Shown: positions 56,100 through 64,000 of the stretch, in pieces
Layout of the letters: every line of letters starts with the position of its first letter
How positions within the stretch are numbered: position 1 is the first letter of the stretch
Source: Aplysia californica
Lineage: Eukaryota
Direction: 5' to 3'
DNA: 64,000 bases
Assembly: GCF_000002075.1 (NCBI RefSeq)
Contig: NW_004797766.1
Location: 474,317 to 538,316, forward strand
Made by a program: the position numbers and the translations under genes
Notes under the pieces: model-generated
Seen by the model: only the letters and a program-made list of their open reading frames with translations
What the model was told of the DNA's origin: nothing
Databases searched by the model: none

Positions 56100-58294
56100 T
56101 TCTTCTTTTCTTGCCAGCTGGTTGTTATCAGGAAGCGATCACTTCCCATAGCATCCTACATTACGTTCCAATTAACTTCTTTGTTACTTATCAGGTTGCT
56201 TGATGAGTGAGGTCAATTGCAGAATCTTTATTATTTGTATTTTCCGCTATTCTTGTCTTACTTCCTGTACAGTAATCTTGTTGTTGAATATCCAGTCTTA
56301 AACATTAGCTCGATTTATTCTTTCTCCCCATATAGTACTATTGAAGTCTCCCAATATGAAATGGTTACATAAGGTGGTATCTGTCGATTCTAAAAATATT
56401 CACGTTTTCTATTAGCTAGAATTATGTATACATTTGTTGTGCGAATTTGCGCTTCGTTTTCAAGGAAGATTGTAATTGTAACAAAATGTCCTGTTTCGTA
56501 GTTGCCCCTATCTATTTCTCTGAAGGAGTGCTTGTTATTGATAGTTATTAAAAGTCCAAGATTTGATTGATTAGCATTGGTTCGAATGATTGAAAAGTTT
56601 TTTAAATTTGAAGTTGACATGTGATTTTAGGTTTGTTTCTTGTATCGCTATTATATCTGGTCTCAGTTCTTCCTGGACCAACCAATCAAGTTCACATTTT
56701 TTTCTTAAAATGCCCCTTGCGTTCCATTGTAGAATTGTGAACTTTTCATCTGAGTGTTTAACACTTTCAGTGTTACACATTTTCAACAAATGAAGGCTAC
56801 TGCTTCTTTAATTGAGAAATATATTTTTTCCTTTGTCGTTTTCCACGTAGGGGTTCATTTGCACCCGGTGGCCACGATTCAGATCGAACACGGACACCAT
56901 ACTTGCGTGTTGTTAAAGGTGTGGTATCGTTTTGTTTAGGTGTTAGCGTTTGGGATATTTTTTCCAGAATCTGCGCTACATCCTCCGGTGAATCTAAGCT
57001 TGATAATGATAAGGGAGACATTTGAATGTCGTTTTTATATTGTTCCTTTTGTTGTGTTGTTTCTGTTTTGCTGGGAGATTTTGCAGGGTTTTTTTATTTC
57101 TTTAGTTGTATCTGTTGATGCTGTTTCCCTATTCTCGGAATGAGCTTGTATTTCTTTGAATCTCTTACTGCTCATTTTAGGAGTTGGAAAAGAGTGTCGG
57201 TGGAGATGTTTCCAACCGCTAGCCCATCGTTTGACTCAGGTTTCTCTTTTGGAGCGGTACAGTTAATGCAAATTTTTGTATCTTTTTTGCAATGAGTTGA
57301 TGTGTGTCCCAGCTTTAGACATTTTAGGCACTGTGGCAGTGCTTTTATGTACGGGTGAACCGTTCTTAGCCCAAGCGGGGTTTTGATGACATCAGGCAAT
57401 ACATTACCCTCGATCTTTCCTGAAAATATCGATGTCTTTCCCAGTCTATTTTGTTCCAGAATATTTTTATTCAGGTTTTTTTAACAGTTTTTTTATTTCA
57501 TTTTCGTTTTCATTAGGTGGGATTCCTTTTATTACTCCGTGTAGGGGTTTCAATATTCCCTCTGTTCTCCATTGAGTGTTTCCCATTTCTGGTGTGTATG
57601 GTCCCTTTTTTAGTTCTGTGAATGTATTCAGGCTAATATCTGGCGCTGGAAACACCTCCTGCGTCGCATGGCCTAATCTATGGTTTAATCGTACCGTCTT
57701 CACGTCTGCAGAGGTGATAACTCTGCAGTTGTTGATGATGCCAGGCTTTCCGATTTTAGTAGAATATACCTGGCATCCTTTGATAGATGTTATTTTAACG
57801 ATAACCCTATTCATTGGTATATATTCTTTCCGTCGATGTGTGGCAAGGAAACAAAGATACGAACATCCAGATTAATAAACAAAATAAAACAATTAAATTA
57901 AATTAAAATTATTTTTTTCTAAATTGAAAAATAAAAAATTAGAATATCAAAACAAAACAAAATTCGAAGACAAACCAACTTGATCTAAATCTAGGTTAAA
58001 CACAATCAAGGTCGGAAAAAAATTAATTAAATTTTTAAAAAAAGTTAAAATGAATTTTTTAAAAAAAGATGGATAAAAAGAATTAAATGAAATTAATAAA
58101 ACGGGAACTTCCGATATTTACCACAACAACGCTCTCAAGCACAAGTCCATTCAAAAGTTGTACTAACAAGACTCGTCATTTCTTAATTTAAACCAAAAAA
58201 AAAAATAAAATAACAAACAAACAAACAAAACAAAAGCTTTAACGAAAAGTGAGTATCACAAAACACAAGGAGTGTATCTGATAAAAGGTGAATG
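56100..58294 (-). mobile_element. 3'-truncated I/Nimb-like LINE (5'UTR, gag-like ORF1, ORF2 endonuclease), decayed
   Basis: 5' start CATTCACC. ORF1 has GVIKGIP and the zinc knuckle QCLKCLKLGHTSTHC...CINC. ORF2 has ILQWNARGI...PDIIAIQETNL, LGDFN and a WNV..D.MGSDRF motif. No RT follows. Clade assignment is tentative. Confidence 0.8.
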
Positions 58295-60499
58295 AGTACT
58301 AGAGAAGACTGAAAAATTATAAAACAAAAAGAATAAAAATTATTCTAATTAGACCCCCAAAAATCAGTCCCTATATCACCCTCCCTCCAGTGCTGTTACT
58401 CTAGCCTATTTAGCCTATGTTCTATGTAAAGGTCATTCTAATCAAACAATGGGGAGTAGCCTATCCTAAGCAGTACAATAAGTGTGACTAAAATGATGAA
58501 AACACAAAAAAAGTAAGATACCCAAAACAAAATTATTAGAACTTACCTCAGTGATATCACGAATAAACCACGTAAATACAAACCATACAGAAGACACAAA
58601 CCAAGCTTTTAAACCTTTTTTGACTCTAGAAAACAAACATTCACATCACTCAGCAATCCTGTTGAACCGGAAATGAGTCCTGTTGCTGCGACAATTCACA
58701 CAGAATGTAATCGAAACGCGGACGTCCGAGAGAGAATCTGACTCATTCTCAAAAGGTCAGGTCCATTTTCTTGCAGGACCCCCCAATTTTCCAATTCAAG
58801 GTAGAATAAAAATCCAGCCTTTACCAGCTTTCTAAAACGCTACTGAATCCTAATTCACCATCCACAAGATAATATGTGAAGCCATCTGCGAGGTATAGTG
58901 CTGTGATTGCATAAGGTCCCATGATCACTGACGTTACTGATGACATGCAGTTTGCTTTGAAAATGTATCAATATTTACTTTTTAGTCTTGCCACAACAGC
59001 AAAATAAGTAAGTGTTGAAGAACTGTTTGACATAAACCCAAATGTAATTGTCAGTCACTTTATTTCATCAACATTTTATGCTGATATTTAATATGTCACC
59101 GTAACGTCAGTGATGAAACTGAGTTTTGCTTTTTTTCCTCTCAAATAATTACCTAAGATCCTGACAAGCTGCCATGACACAAACATAAACCTGATAGCAA
59201 ACATTAAGAATACACATTAAATCCTCCATCATCATCCGTGTTGTCTATGGGGTGTCCACTAGTCACTGACGTTACTTATGGGGTGTCCACTAGTCTCTGA
59301 CGCTACTATGACACAAGTGTATGTCATAACATCAGTAATGAAAATCCACATTTTACATTTTATGCTTTTCTGAATGCTGAAAAGCCAGAAGATAGACCCA
59401 CGTAATGTAAGAAACATTGTAGGAGTGAGAAAAGGGAAGGTTTCAATTTATTAGTAGTAGACAGGAAACGTACACATGTAGACACGAGAAGATCAGCGAA
59501 TGGTATCAACAAAGACAAGTGTCATCAAATCCTCTTTTATTAATTCATTATAATCAAAACATGTGTTCAGTAATGAAAGATCAATTGCTACTGGGTAACA
59601 ATGATTAAACCATATTTCAATGCATCACACATTGTACTTGAAAGCATCTCACAAAGAGTACACGTTCACTAAAAGACAAGAATACAAAAGTTCAAGAATT
59701 ACTCCTCAAACTTGGACAAAGAACATAGCATACTTAGACTAGAGTTAGAGACCCATGGTCACATGAAAAATGAAATGAAATCAAAACAAATTGAACTGCA
59801 CACACATACTGATTCAACAAACTGGAACTGTTTCACTGAGCCGCAAGATTGGAAACACTAAATGATGAAAAAAAAAGTCTACACAGTTCAAAAACTCTAA
59901 GCCAAAAGCAGTCTACAAACTCGTACTTTATGCCAGGCATAAAACACAGTTTGGGCAATAGACAAATAACTGCAACCACACCGAGGCCAACATTAGGCAT
60001 TAACAAGAAATGTCCTCAATATTATACATTGTACATTAAAACACAAAGGTCAAATACAGGTACTGGTATTAACAAGTAACACCTATAATACCTCACCAAA
60101 AACAGCATATCATACATTAAACATAAAAACACAAAGGCCAACATACAGGTATTAAGTAGCCTAACATGCTCAACCACACTTTCTGTAACTACAAGAGGTA
60201 ACAAAGGAACAACATGATTTGCCACCCAGTAAGAATCATTCATATCCTCTCTCAGTGAACACCAAAACACAGTGAGAAGAATGGCACTGTTACTAGAAAG
60301 ATCGGGATCCAGCTGAACTTTGAAAAACTCCCTGAAACACTGTTGTCCCATGGCTGGATACACTGATACAACCATGGCAGCAAAAGTTTGCAGCAGCTTT
60401 TAACTGCTACATATCCATCTAGGTCACAAGAAATTTGAGGCCGCCAGTGCTCCGGTGTGGCTTGTCCAATCAGCATGCTCGCTTGTCACCGGTGTTCTT

Positions 60500-61685
60500 T
60501 TCTATCGACAATGGGTTTTATAGCCCCTGATAAAGAACAATTTTTCGCTTTCCATCACAACAAAAGATATTAAAATCATATCAGTCCTACAGATTATATT
60601 TATATCTTTCACATTAAAGCGTGGATTAAACAAAGTAACAAGGCCTTTACTCCTATTACTTCCATGACTTAAGTGTATAACACCACCCCATTACTTTAAT
60701 GATTCATTTTGATCTAACTCTGATAAACGACTTTCCTGTACCTATTGCGTCTAATTTTTCTGATTTAAGACTTCTGATCGTTTCTTATGATTTTTAAATC
60801 CCTGTACATTTAATGTTCCTACCTTGAGTGGTTCATTTAAATTCAATCTGGTGTTACCCGCCATATCGCTGTTCATTCTCAAAGTCCAATTGTACAGGCA
60901 TTTTTCATCGTGGTCCATACTTCCTAAATGTTTGGAGTGCCGCTATGTTGGCGTCTCATCCTCGGGACTCAGCGGCTCCACCCTCTTCCTGCTGCTGGAC
61001 CGCTGTTGCTGTCCTGAGGAGAGAATTTTCAGGGGGCTGGGCAAATCTTAGTGGTCTGCCTCTCCCAGCCTTTCTCTTTTTTACTCTTTCTCACCTGCAC
61101 TGTTTTAAGTTTTTCTAATGATTGGTCCGAATCAGAATGACTGTCTTCCTCCAATTGGCTCACCTCTGATTTTTCGGAGTCGCATCTATTAAAAGACTCA
61201 CTGTCACCCTCTGGGGGATGGGTGATCCCACTCCCTACTTGTGGGGAAGCCTCTTCCTGGCAAGTACCAGCTTCCGATGTGGCTGGCTCCTCAACAGACA
61301 TACCAACTGCCTGGCACTGAGGATGATCTGTGATGCCCTTGTTTACCACACTCAAAACAGATAATGACTGGTTTAGGCTGCTCTCTATAGTAGAGCTTCG
61401 CCATGAATTGAATGAGTCTACCTGCAGCCTGTCAGGGAGAGGGGAAGATGGCAGATCTGTGCAACAGAATCTGCGTCCTGTCACCCACCTGGTCAGTTGA
61501 CCCTCCCTGTTTGGGGCTTTTTCCCACAGCAGTTGTGACCGGAGCTTCACACCAGCCTTGTGGAGGTAGCTTTCGAGGTCTGCGCTCGCCACAGAGACCG
61601 GGAGTCCATCAATGGTGAGGCAGGTCGCTGGAACCTCATTGCCCTGACTGTCCCTGATGACAAGAGGGTTCTGTGATTTTAGTGG
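60500..61685 (-). mobile_element. L1/Tx1-clade LINE fragment: ORF1 plus endonuclease start, decayed
   Basis: NPLVIRDSQGNEVPATCLTIDGLPVSVASADLESYL..KLRS...GQLTRWVTGRRF...PLP (Tx1-like ORF1); then LKVGTLNVQG...SKGLVTLF (L1-type APE). Confidence 0.75.
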
Positions 61686-61902
61686 TACATGTACTACCTT
61701 ACATCTTAAATATTATCCGAATTTTGCTGAAGCGACTCATTGCCCAGCTCTAGTACATAAAATAAAAGTACAATTACAGTTACAGGGACATAATTCAACT
61801 TACATGTGATCATATAGGGACCAACAATCCAGGATTTATTGTTTCCCTTCTATATATATATATTGATAATAAGCAATCTAATAAGTCTAACAAAAAGAAC
61901 AA

Positions 61903-61908
<6 letters not shown>

Positions 61909-61974
<66 letters not shown>
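61909..61974 (+). repeat. (AC)n microsatellite
   Basis: Visible directly. Confidence 0.97.
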
Positions 61975-61979
<5 letters not shown>

Positions 61980-62339
61980 AACCAACAAAGCAAGACAGGT
62001 AGAGAAGAAAAGTATAAAGAAGAAAGATAAACCAAAAATATGTTAAAAGAGACACAAAAAGGTTCAAATAGAAAGATACAAGAATTATATAAATAGATCT
62101 ACTGACCACACTTACTACTGTTTTAAAGCAGGAACAGAAACACACATTTACATACCACACACAACAGCCTGAGTAAAAATACCCCTAAAAAATAAGCCAA
62201 AAATTGCGGAGCAACTGAATAAATAACCGACCGGCCACCAGCCAGGTCAAACCAGAAGTCCAACATGTACGTATTAAAATTAATAAAGGCAATTACGCCG
62301 CCTGATGTTTAAACTCGCTTGAAAAACAAAACAAAATAT

Positions 62340-62535
62340 GTTATATTTGTCACTCTCTTGTGAACTGTTATTTCCGGGGTGCCTTGATAGTTAAAGCAGA
62401 CTTTGTGTGCTGTTAAGGCTATAGAGGTAAGCAGAATAAGCCTGATTCCCTGTTTGGACTTCTCTGTTGATATCCATCCCTTGGCGCTCATATGACCTTA
62501 TGCAGTTGTGAGCACCGTAAAAGCCTTACTAAAAC
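62340..62535 (+). mobile_element. Family B retroposon 3' part
   Basis: Matches 17200-17390. Confidence 0.8.
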
Positions 62536-63204
62536 TCGGAACTAACACTGTGGTGTCCCTTGCTTGTGATCACTTTTAAAAATATGTCATTTCGTGTACT
62601 GGTACATACCCTGTGTTTGTCCATATACAGAAAGATGCATATTACCAGGTCGTTATGTATGATATTGTAAGAGTGAAGGAGTGAGCGTGGGAGACGCGCA
62701 ATACGAAGAGAAAGAAAAAATTGATGTGTTCATATAATATATTATTTTTAATGCCATGTGCCATGTTTCTGTATATTTTGTGCCTCAGATGTTGATGAAA
62801 GCAAACTGTTATTTTCCTCCAATGGTGGAATAAATAAAAGTATTTCATTTTCTTTCCTGATTTTGTTTTAATGTACTTGCTTTGTGACTTTGTTCTCGTG
62901 ATTGTAGTTTGCTATTTTCCTAATTTCCAAAACTGGGAGGAAAGATTGGATGAGCATCTTGTCCTCTTCATAGCATAGCTAGTTTTCTCATGTTAGCAAA
63001 ACATCTAGAAGAATGAGTGTTTATGACATTAACGACTGAAGAGAAACCAATGGTGAGTTCCTTAACCTTTTCTTCTGCTTCTTTCTAAACTTTCTTTTCA
63101 TGCATTGTCCTCGACATAACTTCCATTTTCTGGTTTATCTTTAAGTCGTATCCCTTTTATTTTTAGTGGAGTTTTTTTGTTGTATTTTAAAAAAAACCAG
63201 TGTC

Positions 63205-63385
63205 TGTCCTGTGGTGAGGCAGCGGTTAGGCGTTTTGATGTCGCACGCAGGAGACCTGAGTTCGATTCCAGAGTGGGAAGAAAATGTTTGGGTACCCTGG
63301 TCTCTCTGCTGGGATGTTATATCTCTCTCAGCCCCTTAAATGATCTACACAATGGTATTGATGGGGACATAAAAATATCTACGTT
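63205..63385 (+). mobile_element. Different tRNA-headed SINE (degenerate)
   Basis: A-box-like TGGTGAGGCAGCGG and B box GAGTTCGATTCC, followed by a non-tRNA body. Confidence 0.55.
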
Positions 63386-63429
63386 TACATTTAATTTAAA
63401 ACAAAAATTTTGAAGTTAAACTGTAGTGT

Positions 63430-63568
63430 ATCGATAAGAGTAGGATTCGGCCGCCACCCGGGCAAAATTCAAAATTTCCTACCAACTGAAAATATTAGGT
63501 GTGTCCCGCGCGCTCATATGACCTTATGCAGTTGCGAGCGCAGTAAAACACTTTACAAAAACAAACAA
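63430..63568 (+). mobile_element. 5'-truncated SINE family C
   Basis: Matches the 3' part of the 10451-10976 element; 12-bp TSD AAACTGTAGTGT (63418-63429, 63569-63580). Confidence 0.85.
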
Positions 63569-63582
63569 AAACTGTAGTGTTA

Positions 63583-63765
63583 CCCCCCGGGGCAGTGTCA
63601 CTCACTGTTGTGTCTTTAGGCCATTCCCAAATGGGGGGACATTTCTCGTTCAAGCATAGTAGAATTGTATGGGCTGACTCATGTCACGCTCATAACTGCC
63701 TGGTCTACAACAGGGAGCTGCTGCTTTTTCTTTCCTGATCCTTACTATTGTCATTTTACTCTACT
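63583..63765 (+). mobile_element. Family B retroposon 5' part
   Basis: Matches 16815-16950 joined to 17160-17190. Confidence 0.8.
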
Positions 63766-64000
63766 TGTCATTGATGAGCTGTAATGTTTATACCTTGAAA
63801 ATGAAAAAGGTTTGTAGTAATAATATTATTATAGTTACAGCCTGTACACTTTCTTGTGCCCAAGTTTGCACCGCTATGTCCCCACTCGTCGCCTTAGAAT
63901 TTGCACATAGGTTTAAAATGCTATTGATCATCAGGAATATTTCTTGCCCAGTGAAAATGAAACATTTAGTCTTAGTTGTCTGGTACTAATTATCGAGTGA

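Noticed and set aside
56131-56150. Plus-strand GSDHFP endonuclease motif
   Set aside because: Near-palindromic coincidence; the minus strand reads GSDRF in line with the rest of the LINE.
59500-60476. Terminal exon of a minus-strand gene (117-aa ORF 60022-60375)
   Set aside because: No recognisable homology or linked upstream exons in the window.

Overview
This is eukaryotic, AT-rich, gapped (scaffold-level) DNA from an invertebrate, probably a mollusc/gastropod (inferred from repeat content and style, not proven). Two spliced genes could be rebuilt by hand with GT-AG junctions and consistent phases, and they are transcribed divergently. FBXO47 is on the minus strand (9 coding exons, 20721->11536, 450 aa, possibly with an extra upstream exon at 32738-32673). 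ELP4 is on the plus strand (11 coding exons, 35264->50081, 397 aa). The rest is repeat-rich. It holds three SINE-like families sharing one 3' stem-loop tail, RTE, I/Nimb-like and L1/Tx1 LINE fragments, a decayed Sola-like transposon, Merlin and Tc1 transposase remnants, several MITEs with clear TIRs/TSDs, microsatellites, and dense (TCTAGA)n palindromic clusters between the two genes. The oddest structure lies at 53.6-61.7 kb. There a ~480-bp tandem unit built from a LINE 5' end is interrupted by 5' or internal pieces of other LINE clades. All pieces are on the same strand and none carries the 3' end that normal retrotransposition leaves. Most ORF-track entries are spurious. No prokaryotic features or CRISPR arrays were seen.
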